Positions 29,632 to 40,670 of a stretch of 64,000 bases of DNA are shown one piece after another (position 1 is the first letter of the stretch; each line of letters starts with the position of its first letter). The notes under the pieces were generated by a model. The model had not been told where the DNA came from, ran no database searches, and saw nothing but the letters and a program-made list of their open reading frames with translations. The position numbers were made by a program, and so were the translations under genes. Source of the stretch: Candidatus Methanoperedenaceae archaeon (GTDB lineage Archaea; Halobacteriota; Methanosarcinia; Methanosarcinales; Methanoperedenaceae); NCBI GenBank assembly GCA_963753595.1, contig CAVWCX010000036.1, positions 128,001-192,000 on the forward strand, written 5' to 3'.

Positions 29632-30441
29632 TCACATGGGTTCAAGTTTTTCTTTTTTCAATTTTTCCCATAAACCTGCAAACCACGTCTGAAAATAGCT
29701 TATCAAAGCTGGATCATCGATATAAAAAGCTTTGTATGTTTCAAGAGAACCAGTTGGTAGAGAGGGGTGCAGCCATACTCTTAATGACTTCCCAGCTTTT
29801 GATATTACAACAGTAAATGGAATCAAAGATCTCTCACTACCGCCCCACGATGCTATCCTAAAAAGGTTTTCACAGTCAATATTTATTCCGTCCTCTTTTA
29901 ATTCATTCTCCTTCTTTTTTTTATACATCTCAAAGTGTCGTGCATCTACACCGCTAACGATAAAACGACGAGTACATCCTTTTTTAATTGACTCTTTTAT
30001 TGCTTCATCGAATGTTTCAATATCTCTCAAAGGATTAAAAGCGTGAATAACCTGACTCTCATTGATAAGTTTAGACACATCTTCAAAAGTAATAATTCCT
30101 TTATCGCGGTAAATATGGTTGTCGAGTTTACGTAATGAATCTTCAAATTTATTGTCGAGTTTATATAATGAATCTTCAAATTTATTAATTGATGTTTCAA
30201 ATCTATTCCCAGATGCGTCAAATCTATTAATTGATGTATCAATTTCTCGGACATTGTTTTTAAGTATATCGATATTCAAAAAATATGTAAATAAATGCGA
30301 AAATACAATAACCATTGTTAAAAAAATTAATACAACAATTGTTTGAAACCTTGTTAATTCAACAATATATGCTGCTGCAATTGCTCCTACAATTAGCAGA
30401 GCATTTGCAAGAATGTCTTTCACTATATTTATAATAACCAC
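29632..30441 (-). CDS. 2TM plus coiled-coil plus soluble-domain membrane protein
   Basis: Two N-terminal hydrophobic helices; 21-bp and 33-bp internal repeats at 30119-30245; alpha/beta C-terminal domain. Confidence 0.75.
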   Translation of the reverse strand: MVIINIVKDILANALLIVGAIAAAYIVELTRFQTIVVLIFLTMVIVFSHLFTYFLNIDILKNNVREIDTSINRFDASGNRFETSINKFEDSLYKLDNKFEDSLRKLDNHIYRDKGIITFEDVSKLINESQVIHAFNPLRDIETFDEAIKESIKKGCTRRFIVSGVDARHFEMYKKKKENELKEDGINIDCENLFRIASWGGSERSLIPFTVVISKAGKSLRVWLHPSLPTGSLETYKAFYIDDPALISYFQTWFAGLWEKLKKEKLEPM

Positions 30442-30626
30442 CTTTGATTAAATTAATATATGGAATATTCTCTATTGACTAAGACTAAATAAACATATCT
30501 CAAAATTGTTTTGAATAAAAATCGATATCTTATAAATTAAATTATTTCAAAATCTCCATAGCATCAAACTGGTGGTCTCAAATAATAAGATAAAGCTAAA
30601 TAATAAAAAGTGATTATCAAAATAAA

Positions 30627-31613
30627 ATGAAATCATTTTCGGAGTTAAAAGATTGTTCATTTGGTATTAAGCCAAAAGAAATTAAAGCTTTAGTGAAGAT
30701 AGAAGGGGCAATTTTAAATTCAGCTCGAAATTATCTCTTTGAAGATGGTTTTACTGAAGTAATTGTTCCACATATAACTAAAGCAACTGGAGCATGCGAA
30801 AATCCTAACACTTTATTTGAAGTGATTTATTTTAATGAGAAATTAAAACCATATCTTTCTCAAACTGGGCAATTATATTTAGAAATCGTTGTACCATTTT
30901 TGGAAAAAGTATGGTGTTATGGACCAAGTTTTCGGAAAGAAAATAAGGTTGATTATAGGCACTTAACTGAATTTACTTTATTGGAAATTGAGTTTTGTGG
31001 TAATTTTAACCAGTTGCTTTCTAAAATAGAGGGATTGATAAAAGCAATGATAGAAGGGGCAATTCTTCAAAGAGAATATCTTGAAATATTAGGAGTTGAT
31101 TATCAAAGGCTTAAGAATATTAAAACACCCTTTAGGAGAATAACGTATGATGAAGCCATTGGCATACTAAATCTAGATTGGGGAGAAGATTTAAATAGTA
31201 CAAATGAAAAATTTTTGATTGAAAAGTTCGGGAATAGCCCCCTTTTTATCACATATTTTCCAGAACATATAAAATTTTTTAATATGAAAAGAAACTCGGA
31301 TAATCCAAAAGTAGTTAATAGTGCTGATTTATTGCTTCCTTTTAGTGGAGAAGCCGTTGGGGCAGCTGAGAGAGAGATCCTATATGAAATAGTTGAAGAA
31401 AAACTCCAAAAATCATCAATGTTTAAACAATTGTTAGATGTGGGACGAAATATTAATGATTTTGATTGGTACTTAAATTCCATAAAAGAAAATAAGAACT
31501 GTCCTCATGCAGGTTGTGGAATTGGTGTGGAAAGAGTATTGCAGTTTATATTAGCAAGGAGTGACATAAGGCAATCAACACTTTTTCCTTTAAATAAGAT
31601 TAATCTATTTTAG
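30627..31613 (+). CDS. class IIb aminoacyl-tRNA synthetase catalytic core without the anticodon-binding domain (AsnRS2/asparagine synthetase-like)
   Basis: YLSQTGQLYLE, motif 2 GPSFRKE...RHLTEF, ADLLLP..GEAVGAAERE, motif 3 HAGCGIGVERVLQF; only 328 aa. Confidence 0.85.
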   Translation: MKSFSELKDCSFGIKPKEIKALVKIEGAILNSARNYLFEDGFTEVIVPHITKATGACENPNTLFEVIYFNEKLKPYLSQTGQLYLEIVVPFLEKVWCYGPSFRKENKVDYRHLTEFTLLEIEFCGNFNQLLSKIEGLIKAMIEGAILQREYLEILGVDYQRLKNIKTPFRRITYDEAIGILNLDWGEDLNSTNEKFLIEKFGNSPLFITYFPEHIKFFNMKRNSDNPKVVNSADLLLPFSGEAVGAAEREILYEIVEEKLQKSSMFKQLLDVGRNINDFDWYLNSIKENKNCPHAGCGIGVERVLQFILARSDIRQSTLFPLNKINLF

Positions 31614-31672
31614 ATAAATATAGTGGAATGTTCTTATGAGTTTGAATTAAACCAATTTAATCAGCTATTTTT

Positions 31673-32992
31673 CTATTTTATTTTATAAATTTGTTGATCT
31701 TTTAATAGCTTCTCCATTTCTTCGATTAATTTTTCAACATATTTATTATTAGCAGTTATAATCGCTTTCATGGGCCCATGAGTAACATCATAGTTTTCAT
31801 ACATTTTCAATGTTTTTCCAATGTTATCAAGTTTTGGTGTATTAGTTCCCATAGCTTCCGGCGCTGGGATGGGTATTATTGCATATTTATGCTTTTTAGA
31901 AAGTGTAAATCCAAATATTAATTCAGACAATTTTTCATATTTAATTAAACTACTTGCCGGAATGCTAAAAAATGTATTTGATTTATGCAATTTCTTCAAA
32001 TCAAAAAAAATATCATCTTTTGGCATCAATCCTTTAGATAAAGATTCATTATAAACCATTACCCTAGTTTGGTTAATTTGTCCATCATATTTATCTGCAT
32101 TAATCTTAAGATAATTAATATATGTATTTTTCCGAGGCTGAGTCCAGAAACCGCTAGCCCTATCGTTTCTAGATATTACATAGACTGAATCGCTGGGATC
32201 GTAATTCAATTGAATGAGTACCTCTAGAACATTATGCCAGGAAACGAAACTCTTTGTATCATTTAATGCTCTCATGGAATCAAATGTTTTCGATATTACA
32301 TCGTCTAATTCAAAATCAAGGCCATGATCCATGAAATATTTAAGTATTGAACTCTTGACAAGAGGAAAATAATTATACTTCTTGTAATGGTGAGAAGGGG
32401 AATGTGGACTGTAAAAAATGCCTTTTTCACTTTCTGGGGGGTCGTAAGTAAATGTCTTCAATTCCACATTGTGTTTTGTTATCAAGGGTTCGTTTTCAAA
32501 AAAAGGATAGTCTTTCTCTAATGTCACTTTTCTTAAGTAGTCATGGAGTGATTTATTAATAATAAGTTCTCGGGGCTCACAAAAATTAATAATTCGTGTC
32601 GCAGCGCCGATTGTACCTCCGATTTGTATGTATTTTCCTTGAATCCCTTTTAACCCCTCTATTATAAGGACACGATCCTTCTCAGAATAATTGACGGCTG
32701 TCCTGATAATCAGGCCTTTCTTAAGGACGTTTAATGCAAAATCTATTACAAAATCTAAAAATAATTTAGTTGTTTGCTTATCTAACTTGCAATTTCTGCC
32801 CACTGACACAATTGCACCATCGCCAGTAGAGAAAGTGTCTGGTTTAAAATCTTGTAAGTCATTAAGTCTATTATTAAGATATTCGATGAATGATTTCACC
32901 AATATCGCTTGAGTCTCAGGATTTTCATTTGAAAAGCCTTCAATTTCAAAGATTGCAACCAAAGATTTGTCGATTTCTTCTATTTGATTCAT
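31673..32992 (-). CDS. divergent class III nucleotidyl cyclase-domain protein with an unknown C-terminal domain
   Basis: FEIEGFS (E in place of the first Asp), STGDG, IRTAVN, GGTIGAATRIINFCEPRELII, KH motif. Confidence 0.7.
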   Translation of the reverse strand: MNQIEEIDKSLVAIFEIEGFSNENPETQAILVKSFIEYLNNRLNDLQDFKPDTFSTGDGAIVSVGRNCKLDKQTTKLFLDFVIDFALNVLKKGLIIRTAVNYSEKDRVLIIEGLKGIQGKYIQIGGTIGAATRIINFCEPRELIINKSLHDYLRKVTLEKDYPFFENEPLITKHNVELKTFTYDPPESEKGIFYSPHSPSHHYKKYNYFPLVKSSILKYFMDHGLDFELDDVISKTFDSMRALNDTKSFVSWHNVLEVLIQLNYDPSDSVYVISRNDRASGFWTQPRKNTYINYLKINADKYDGQINQTRVMVYNESLSKGLMPKDDIFFDLKKLHKSNTFFSIPASSLIKYEKLSELIFGFTLSKKHKYAIIPIPAPEAMGTNTPKLDNIGKTLKMYENYDVTHGPMKAIITANNKYVEKLIEEMEKLLKDQQIYKIK

Positions 32993-33303
32993 GATTATTA
33001 CCTTTCAATGCAAGAACTTCTCACTTTTTGTACATTTGCTTTTGAATGCGAATGTTTTGGATACATGCAATTTCGTATTTAAATTTCAATCATTACTATA
33101 TCTGTATTGCGTATTATAATTGCCTTGGATTCGAATTATTATTTTTAATAATTTATATATATATATATATTTCTAGGCAAGTTAACGAGTCTCATTTGTA
33201 GGCAACACAACCACTTTGGAAAATTTAAGCTAACCGGTTTTTTATATCCAAAAGTTCCTAACGATAATGAAAACTAAGAAAAAAAACGAATGGGGCTTAA
33301 GTC

Positions 33304-36300
33304 TTAATCCCCACAATACAATCTAAATCCACACTCTCCACAGACCTTCTCATCTTTCGTCCTCTCAAACCCGTGTTCGTAATCATGTGCAATCTTCTTC
33401 ACGATCTCGATCATATCCTCAATAGCATTCCCATCGAGCCCTTCCATCCGTGAACTACCCGAACTTTCAAACTTCCCATCGATCAGCTCAAATGTCCTGG
33501 GATTGGGAAGACCAAGCTGTTCGAGTGTGAGTCTTTTCACTTTATATTGGGGATAAATATGTTCAATACCCCTTGCATAAAGGAGAAGTTGTCTTGACCT
33601 GTCATCAGGTCCGGGTTCAGATTTTCCGGTCTTATAATCGATGATCTCAATTTCATTCTTTGTGCCAGGCATCAGATCCACTCGGTCGATAAATCCTTTA
33701 AACGTAAACCCTCCAAGCGGTACAGCGAATCTTTGCTCAACCATCAGGTTGTTCGCAATTCTATTTTTGTTCCGCTCCCAGAATACATCAAGCGCCGCTG
33801 TTGCTATTTCAATATCAACACCCTTGAAATCAGGTTCTTTTGCAACCATGTCCCTGATCTCATACAGCCTCTCTTTTTTGGTTATTTTCTCACTCACCGC
33901 TATCTCAAGCACCTTATGAACAAAATTTCCCCTATTCATGGCTCCTGTAGAATCCTCAGAATCGCGTGTAGGCATCCTGAGAAGCTCTGCAAGTTCATAC
34001 TGCCTGGGGCAGTTCTCATAGGAACTTATAGAGGAATAGCTGAAAGTCATGCTTGCGGGATTGAATTTCAACCCGTTCTTATTCTCTTTGATTTTATCCA
34101 GAATATTTTCAGCGTCATGCGCAGGGTCTATTTTTTCCCAGTTGGAATTGAAAAGTTCCTTGAAATCCGGCGCCTTCCCAACCTTCAAAGCCTGATACAG
34201 CAGCGTATTTTTCATGATCTCAGCAAAATTCCCTGAATCAAGCAACTCGATGAGTAGCCTTTTTCGGACAGCCTTTTCCCGTTCAAGCGCGCTGTCCTTT
34301 ATCATTTCCCTGACTTTCGTATCAGTATCCCGGAAATAGATGAGATCACCAACTATGATATTCTCACCGGCTCTCCAGTTATCGTATCCGATATCCAAAA
34401 GGAACTCAGACGGCTCTCTTTCATCGTCAGCGTATTTGATTGCCAGCGTCAGGAAAAGATGTTCTTTTGCCCTGGTAAATGCCACATACGCAAGCCGTCT
34501 CTCTTCTTCCTTTTTGATCTCTTTCTTGCGTTCCCTGACTGCTTTTTCAGTATCTTTGATGGATTCGTCCTCAAAAATGTCCCTGTACTGTTCCATCAAT
34601 TCTGGCGGGATGAGAGGTTCTGTGCCTCCCCGATACAGAGGGAATTTATCTTTTGCAAGGTTCGTGAGAAATACAACCTTAAACTCCAGTCCTTTTGCCG
34701 AATGTATGGTCATGAGGTTTATGGCATCCTCATCCGCTATTCTTGCCGGCGCCGGATTCCCATCCATCTCGTCAAGTATCTCAAGATAATCGATGAACAA
34801 ACTCAGGTCTTTTCCGTGGAACTCTTCAAAATTACGGGCTAATTCATGAAGCTGTCTCAGATTCAAAAGCGCTTCCCTGCTGCGCTTTGTGTCAGTATGG
34901 GCGAATTGCCTTGAGAGCCCCGATTGATCATATACCTCAAGGATAAGGTCTGATACATCCAGATTCGTCTTCGAACAAAGTAAATCGATTCTCTTTTTTA
35001 CATTGTTTATGGTCTCAAGTCCGCTCTTTGAAAATCCGAGTTCTCCAATATGATGATAGATGGCTTCCTGGAACGAGACCCACTTTTTCTTAAGATATTC
35101 TCCTATCCTGATAGAATCTTCCTGGCTCAGGGCATTATTGTAATGGAATATCCTCCACCATGCCTCTGTACCGCGGGCTGTGGGATGAGAGACATTGTTG
35201 ATAATATACAGGTAAGCGAGAGCGGTCTTTATTTCGGGCTGTTTCAGGAAATCGGTATCGTCCTTGACCCGGAAGGGCAGACCTCTGTTTTCAAGAGCCA
35301 GTCTAACCTTTCTTCCCTGGGCATGTGTCCTGTATAATACTGCAATTTCTTTTGGAGGGATACCCTGTGCAAGATAGTCTTCGATCTTTTCAACTATGGC
35401 TCTTGCTTCTTCGTTATCATCTTCTGTTTCAATGATGCTGACGTTCTCCCCTTCAGTATCTTTGTGATTTTTGAGGAGCAGACATTCTTGCCTTTTCTCC
35501 GTTCCATAGTTCTTTTTGATTAGGGTATGAGCCACTCTGAGAATCTTATTGGTTGACCTGAAACTGACATCCAGTGACACGATGTCTTTATCTGAAAGAG
35601 AGAATTGCTTCTTGAACTCCTCGATATTATTGGTGTACGCTCCCCGGAATGCGTAAATGGTCTGGTTCGGATCTGCCACCACTGTTATGTTCTTATTCGC
35701 TGCTGTGAGCTTTTTTATCAGCTCGAACTGGACATAATTCGTATCCTGGAATTCATCAATGATTATGTAGCGGAATGTGTTGTTTAATCCTTGAGTGCCA
35801 TACACGTCGAGATACCAGAGGGCGATCTTATTCAGGTCGCCGTAATCCAGTGCACCTATAGCTGATTTCTTCTCTTCGTATTTCTCCCAGGCTGATATGA
35901 AGTTTGAATATTTCTGGTATTCTTCATAGAGGTCTATGAATTCGGAGTATCTTTTCTTCTCTGCCTGTTTTGCCTTCTTATCTTCTTTGTCTTTGAATTC
36001 CTGAAGATGAAAGGTATTGAGTTTGAATTTAGATTCGCGATACAGTTCCTTCCATGTGCTTTCATCTTTTTCGATCATCTGAACTTGTTTTTTAAGGGTT
36101 TCCAGAAATTCTTTGAATTTATCTGTTGAGATATTCAGGTCTTTGGCTTTTCCGATCGTGTTTGCATAAAGGCTGGCGGTCCTTGCATTGATCCTGAGTT
36201 CCCGGAATATGAAAATGGCTGAATCCATCTCCTCGAATATCTTGAAGTCGCCGGGAACTTTGCATCTTTCAGCATGATCCTTGATAAGCTCGGCGCAGAA

Positions 36301-36579
36301 TGAGTGAAAAGTCTTAACGATCACTTCCTTTCCCTGAAGGAGTTTCTCGACTTTTTCGCGCATGTTCCTTGCAGCTTCTTTGGAGAAGGTGAGAGCGAGG
36401 ATCTGGGAGGGGTCGATACCTTCCTTTTCGACCATGTATGCAATCTTTGCAGTTATGGTCGTTGTCTTGCCTGTGCCTGCACCTGCAAGGATCAGTTGGG
36501 GGGCTTGGGTGTGTTTTATGGCTTCAAGCTGGCGAGGTTTTAGGGATGAGAGGAGGGAGTTTAAGAAAATATATACCAC
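33304..36579 (-). CDS. UvrD/PcrA-like SF1 helicase fused to a C-terminal PD-(D/E)xK nuclease
   Basis: AGAGTGKT, TFHSF, IDEFQD, ADPNQTIYAFRGA, TIHSAKGLEF, EERRLAYVAFTRAK; GFIDRVD...IIDYKTG and CPR...CGECGFRLYC. Confidence 0.93.
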   Translation of the reverse strand: MVYIFLNSLLSSLKPRQLEAIKHTQAPQLILAGAGTGKTTTITAKIAYMVEKEGIDPSQILALTFSKEAARNMREKVEKLLQGKEVIVKTFHSFCAELIKDHAERCKVPGDFKIFEEMDSAIFIFRELRINARTASLYANTIGKAKDLNISTDKFKEFLETLKKQVQMIEKDESTWKELYRESKFKLNTFHLQEFKDKEDKKAKQAEKKRYSEFIDLYEEYQKYSNFISAWEKYEEKKSAIGALDYGDLNKIALWYLDVYGTQGLNNTFRYIIIDEFQDTNYVQFELIKKLTAANKNITVVADPNQTIYAFRGAYTNNIEEFKKQFSLSDKDIVSLDVSFRSTNKILRVAHTLIKKNYGTEKRQECLLLKNHKDTEGENVSIIETEDDNEEARAIVEKIEDYLAQGIPPKEIAVLYRTHAQGRKVRLALENRGLPFRVKDDTDFLKQPEIKTALAYLYIINNVSHPTARGTEAWWRIFHYNNALSQEDSIRIGEYLKKKWVSFQEAIYHHIGELGFSKSGLETINNVKKRIDLLCSKTNLDVSDLILEVYDQSGLSRQFAHTDTKRSREALLNLRQLHELARNFEEFHGKDLSLFIDYLEILDEMDGNPAPARIADEDAINLMTIHSAKGLEFKVVFLTNLAKDKFPLYRGGTEPLIPPELMEQYRDIFEDESIKDTEKAVRERKKEIKKEEERRLAYVAFTRAKEHLFLTLAIKYADDEREPSEFLLDIGYDNWRAGENIIVGDLIYFRDTDTKVREMIKDSALEREKAVRKRLLIELLDSGNFAEIMKNTLLYQALKVGKAPDFKELFNSNWEKIDPAHDAENILDKIKENKNGLKFNPASMTFSYSSISSYENCPRQYELAELLRMPTRDSEDSTGAMNRGNFVHKVLEIAVSEKITKKERLYEIRDMVAKEPDFKGVDIEIATAALDVFWERNKNRIANNLMVEQRFAVPLGGFTFKGFIDRVDLMPGTKNEIEIIDYKTGKSEPGPDDRSRQLLLYARGIEHIYPQYKVKRLTLEQLGLPNPRTFELIDGKFESSGSSRMEGLDGNAIEDMIEIVKKIAHDYEHGFERTKDEKVCGECGFRLYCGD

Positions 36580-36818
36580 CGTTTTAAGTTGGTTAAAGGA
36601 ATACCTCTGGAATAATAATACTTTGCAAGAAGCACCATGATTTCAGCATCATGGTCTTTATAAAAATGATTTTTTTTAATGCAATGTATTTTTTGATTGA
36701 ATACATGGAAAGTCGGGACAATTACCTCTGCGGTGCTGTTCTTGGGCTGGTGGTGGGGATGAGGATGACGGTCACCTGGATGAAATCTATAACTATCTGA
36801 AATATTTGAAATAATTGT

Positions 36819-37067
36819 CTACTTGTTAGAAAGTGATTTATTAAGATGGATAAGTTCTTTCTCTTGCTCAACCAAAATAGATAGGAAAACAGCATGCATT
36901 GGGTCAAGAGTCGGTACAACAGTGCAAGATGACGCATGTGCTCTCGCTTGGTTCATTAGGGTATCAAATGCAATTCTGTCCTCTCCCCTCAGTGCCCTTC
37001 GAAAATCCGATAACTCTTCAATTATCCCTTCTAGCAGGATTCGAAAGCTAGGAACAGTCCGGCCCAT
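36819..37067 (-). CDS. small conserved archaeal protein of the type found in PolB2 operons
   Basis: MGRTVPSFR...FRRALRGEDRIAFD..M..AR.H. Confidence 0.6.
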   Translation of the reverse strand: MGRTVPSFRILLEGIIEELSDFRRALRGEDRIAFDTLMNQARAHASSCTVVPTLDPMHAVFLSILVEQEKELIHLNKSLSNK

Positions 37068-37503
37068 TGTTACCCTCCATATTCAGATAGCTTCGTTTGC
37101 CCAAATGGAATTATTCTTTTAGATCTGCAGGTCTCGTTTAGACTAACCACGCTTTTTGAAATAATTACAACTCGTCCAGATTTCGCCCATTTTTCAATAC
37201 ACTTCGATAGTTGAAAAGGCATATGTCATTCACCTCTTTCCAAGTTGATTTGAGTCCTTAAAAAGCAAATGGTATCCATGGAGTGAAAGTAATAAATATA
37301 TGAATAGTCGAGATATAACATACGATGCCTATCACATTCACCGACGAAGACCTGATGCAAAAAGTCCCTAATTTTTTAATGATGTAAATACAATATAGAT
37401 ATAAATTATTAATTCATATACGACTTCTAGAATTAAACATATGCATTTATAAAAATAGATGATAGGAGAATATTTATATTTTTGAAAATAATTTTGTTAA
37501 TTC

Positions 37504-38523
37504 ATGAAGATAAATAGTGAAAATGTTCCTCAAGCCGATAATTTAGAAGACGTTATTGAATGTGTGATTGCAGTTTCAGAAGGAGAAGGAACCTATCAAG
37601 AAATTGCCAATAGGATTGGGAAAGTAGAAAGGCAAGGTAGATACTATAGAAAAGCTGCTGAAATCTTGGGGTTAATAATTAATCAAAATAATGAATCTCA
37701 TCTAACAGATCTTGGACGTCAATTTTCACAAAATCCTACTTTAGGGAATCCTATTTTATTGCAGGCTGTTTTAAATGCTCGAATATTTCAACGATTAATA
37801 CCTTTTTTTGAAATTCATTCACAAGGAATTACTAAAGTGGAGTTAATAGAATATTTAACTCAAAATATAGAAGAAGTTGGGGATACAATGTTACCAAGAA
37901 GAGCCAGCACTTTATTATCTTGGTTACAATCATTAAATATTGTTATAGAAAATAATGATGTTTTTAACTTAACCAATTCTCTTACACAAATCGTCCCCAT
38001 ATTAAAGTTTACTGATTTGGATGAACCCATTCTTCCTCATTCAAGCGATTTGAGTGAATACCAAATAGTAGAACAAAGAGCATCAAGAGCAAAAGAATCA
38101 ATTAGTTTTTCTAGAGATGAAATTAAATTTGAAAGAGCTGAAAACGCTCATCTTAGCCTTGTTAACATAACAGCTTTAAAAATAAGACAAAGAGGATTTT
38201 TACCCAGATCTAATCAAATAATTGATTTAGCTGCAAGATATGAAAACATAGATTACATATTTGAGATGAAATCAATTACTGAAAGCAACTACAGATCACA
38301 AATACGAAAGGGAATTAGTCAACTTTATGAGTATAGATATCTACAAAATCTGCCAAATGCCAAACTTGTACTCGTAATTGAAACCTATCTGCCTTCAAAT
38401 GCTTCCTGGATGCATGATTATCTTGAATCCGATAGGGAAATAATGTTAGTTTGGGATGGAAACGATGATTTATTCTCTAGTGATAATACTAAGCATGATT
38501 TGCATTTCTTATTTGACTTATAA
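37504..38523 (+). CDS. winged-helix plus PD-(D/E)xK putative restriction nuclease
   Basis: PQADNLEDV, RQGRYYRKAAEILG; C-terminal IDL...IFEMKS..QIRKGISQLYEY. Confidence 0.75.
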   Translation: MKINSENVPQADNLEDVIECVIAVSEGEGTYQEIANRIGKVERQGRYYRKAAEILGLIINQNNESHLTDLGRQFSQNPTLGNPILLQAVLNARIFQRLIPFFEIHSQGITKVELIEYLTQNIEEVGDTMLPRRASTLLSWLQSLNIVIENNDVFNLTNSLTQIVPILKFTDLDEPILPHSSDLSEYQIVEQRASRAKESISFSRDEIKFERAENAHLSLVNITALKIRQRGFLPRSNQIIDLAARYENIDYIFEMKSITESNYRSQIRKGISQLYEYRYLQNLPNAKLVLVIETYLPSNASWMHDYLESDREIMLVWDGNDDLFSSDNTKHDLHFLFDL

Positions 38524-38790
38524 AAATAGATAGTGAAGTTCAGTGCATGTTCGACATATTTCATATATTTCACGAGTTAAAGATCCAGACATTTAAATTA
38601 ACTTTACACCATTCTCTCACTTGAATACAAAATATTCTTATATATACTATGGAGCAATTAAGAGTTGCATATATTTAGAAAAAGACATGAAAAAATCACA
38701 TGGAAAAAGATTAAAGGGTCTCAGGATTTCTAAACTACTAAAGAATGACGATCGTTTGATTATGATAGGTAATCCGAAAAAGGACATATT

Positions 38791-40656
38791 ATGAAAAAAG
38801 CTCAGCCATTCTTAAAGTGGGCAGGTGGCAAGACACAGTTATTGCCCGAATTGCTTAACCATGTTCCAAATACCTATGGGCGATATATTGAGCCATTCGT
38901 AGGTGCCGGGGCGCTATTCTTCCATTTGCAGCCAAAAAGGGCATTATTGGCTGACCTGAATGGTGATTTGATCAATTGTTATGAGGTCGTAAGAGATCAA
39001 ATCCAATCTTTAATCGATGAGTTGCAGAAATACGTAAATGATGAAAAGTTATATTACAAGGTGCGTAATCGCAATCCAAACAGACTGAATCCTGTACAAC
39101 AAGCAGCTCGCACCATTTATTTGAATAAAACCTGTTATAACGGGCTTTATAGGGTGAATAAGGATGGCAAGTTTAATGTTCCGTTTGGGAAACGGGTGAA
39201 TCCAACGATTTGTGATGAATCAAAGCTTATGGCAGCTCACTTAGCACTAAAAGATGTGGATTTAGTTTGTGGAGATTATAAGGAAGTGCTTCAAAAATAC
39301 GCTGAACCTGGAGATTTTGTGTATCTAGATCCGCCGTATTATCCGGTTGGGGGGCACGCAGATTTTAAACGATACACCAAAGAATTTTTCTATGAAGAGG
39401 ACCACGGCGAGCTAAGGGATGAGTTTTGTCGATTGGTGAAAATAGGATGTCGTACACTCTTAACTAACTCTAATACAGACTTTGTTAGAAGACTATATGA
39501 TGGGTTCGATTATAAGGTTGTTGACACAAAGAGAAACATCAGCAGTAAGACGATAACACGTAGGGGACAAGATCTAATTGTCATCGCTACTCAATCACCC
39601 CAGAGAACTCCATCCCGGTTGAGTCTGAGTGGGAGCAAGTTGTTAGAACATTTTCCTGGAACTCGATATATGGGTAGCAAATATCGTGTGTTACCTTTTA
39701 TATGGCAATGTGTAGAAGATTTGCCATTTAAATCAGTACTAGATGCGTTCTCTGGGAGTGGATGTGTATCATACATGTTTAAACAGCGTGGATTCCGAGT
39801 GATCAGTAACGACTTTATGCACTTTACACATCACTTAGCTGTAGCGACAATTGAAAATTCTAGTATACAACTGAATGATAAAGATGTTGAGATGTTAATG
39901 AAACAAAATCCTAATGCAAGAACATTTATCGCGGATACATTTAAAGATTTATATTTTAGCGATGAAGAAAATACTTTTTTGGATTCATTACGTGCTAATG
40001 TTGAATTGCTAGAAAATCGGTACAAAAAATCTTTGGCTTTAGCTGCGATATCGAGGGCTTGTATGAAGAGACGGGCTCGTGGAATTTTTACGTTTATTGG
40101 GGATCGTTATGATGATGGTCGTAGAGATATGCAGATCACTCTTCAGCAGCATTTCTTGGAAAATGTTCATGCATTTAATGTTGCTGTCTTTGATAATAAA
40201 CAAGAGAATCTATCTTTAAATCAGGATGTATTCGATTTGGATGTGCATGCAGATTTGGTATATCTGGATCCTCCATATTACACTCCAAACTCAGATAATG
40301 ACTATACAAGACGGTATCACTTTGTAGAGGGTTTAGTGCGGCAGTGGCAAGGAGTAGAAATACAAGCTCATACAATTACGAAAAAATTCAAACGCTATGA
40401 AACACCATTTATTTCAAAGGATACTGTATATGATGCATTTGATCGCCTCTTCAAAAAGTTCCAAGAAAGTATCATTGTCGTTTCCTATTCTTCTAATTCT
40501 ATTCCAGAAAAGGGAGATTTGGTTGACCTTCTCAAGAAATACAAAAGTCAAGTAAGAGTGCATCAAATTGAGCATTTGTACTCATTCGGAACGCATGGAC
40601 ATAAAGTAGGGGATAATGCTAACAGAGCTATGGAATTTGTTTTTGTTGCGTATTAA
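38791..40656 (+). CDS. fused double Dam-class N6-adenine methyltransferase (FokI/AlwI-type)
   Basis: Two MTase units: KWAGGK/EPFVGAG/DPPY and RYMGSK/DAFSGSG/DPPY. Confidence 0.93.
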   Translation: MKKAQPFLKWAGGKTQLLPELLNHVPNTYGRYIEPFVGAGALFFHLQPKRALLADLNGDLINCYEVVRDQIQSLIDELQKYVNDEKLYYKVRNRNPNRLNPVQQAARTIYLNKTCYNGLYRVNKDGKFNVPFGKRVNPTICDESKLMAAHLALKDVDLVCGDYKEVLQKYAEPGDFVYLDPPYYPVGGHADFKRYTKEFFYEEDHGELRDEFCRLVKIGCRTLLTNSNTDFVRRLYDGFDYKVVDTKRNISSKTITRRGQDLIVIATQSPQRTPSRLSLSGSKLLEHFPGTRYMGSKYRVLPFIWQCVEDLPFKSVLDAFSGSGCVSYMFKQRGFRVISNDFMHFTHHLAVATIENSSIQLNDKDVEMLMKQNPNARTFIADTFKDLYFSDEENTFLDSLRANVELLENRYKKSLALAAISRACMKRRARGIFTFIGDRYDDGRRDMQITLQQHFLENVHAFNVAVFDNKQENLSLNQDVFDLDVHADLVYLDPPYYTPNSDNDYTRRYHFVEGLVRQWQGVEIQAHTITKKFKRYETPFISKDTVYDAFDRLFKKFQESIIVVSYSSNSIPEKGDLVDLLKKYKSQVRVHQIEHLYSFGTHGHKVGDNANRAMEFVFVAY

Positions 40657-40670
40657 TATGAAGGTTTAAC

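Noticed and set aside
30627-31613. Housekeeping AsnRS/AspRS
   Set aside because: It lacks the N-terminal anticodon-binding OB domain and sits in AT-rich cargo
33154-33170. (TA)n run
   Set aside because: Short low-complexity tract in an AT-rich promoter region; no evidence of function
33641-36640. Multiple + strand ORFs opposite the UvrD gene, and similar shadow ORFs opposite other long genes
   Set aside because: Antisense shadows of well-supported genes with no recognisable motifs
38791-40656. MTase as the methylator of the GATATC (EcoRV-site) array
   Set aside because: A double MTase with an AlwI-family REase implies an asymmetric site; no sequence evidence links it to GATATC
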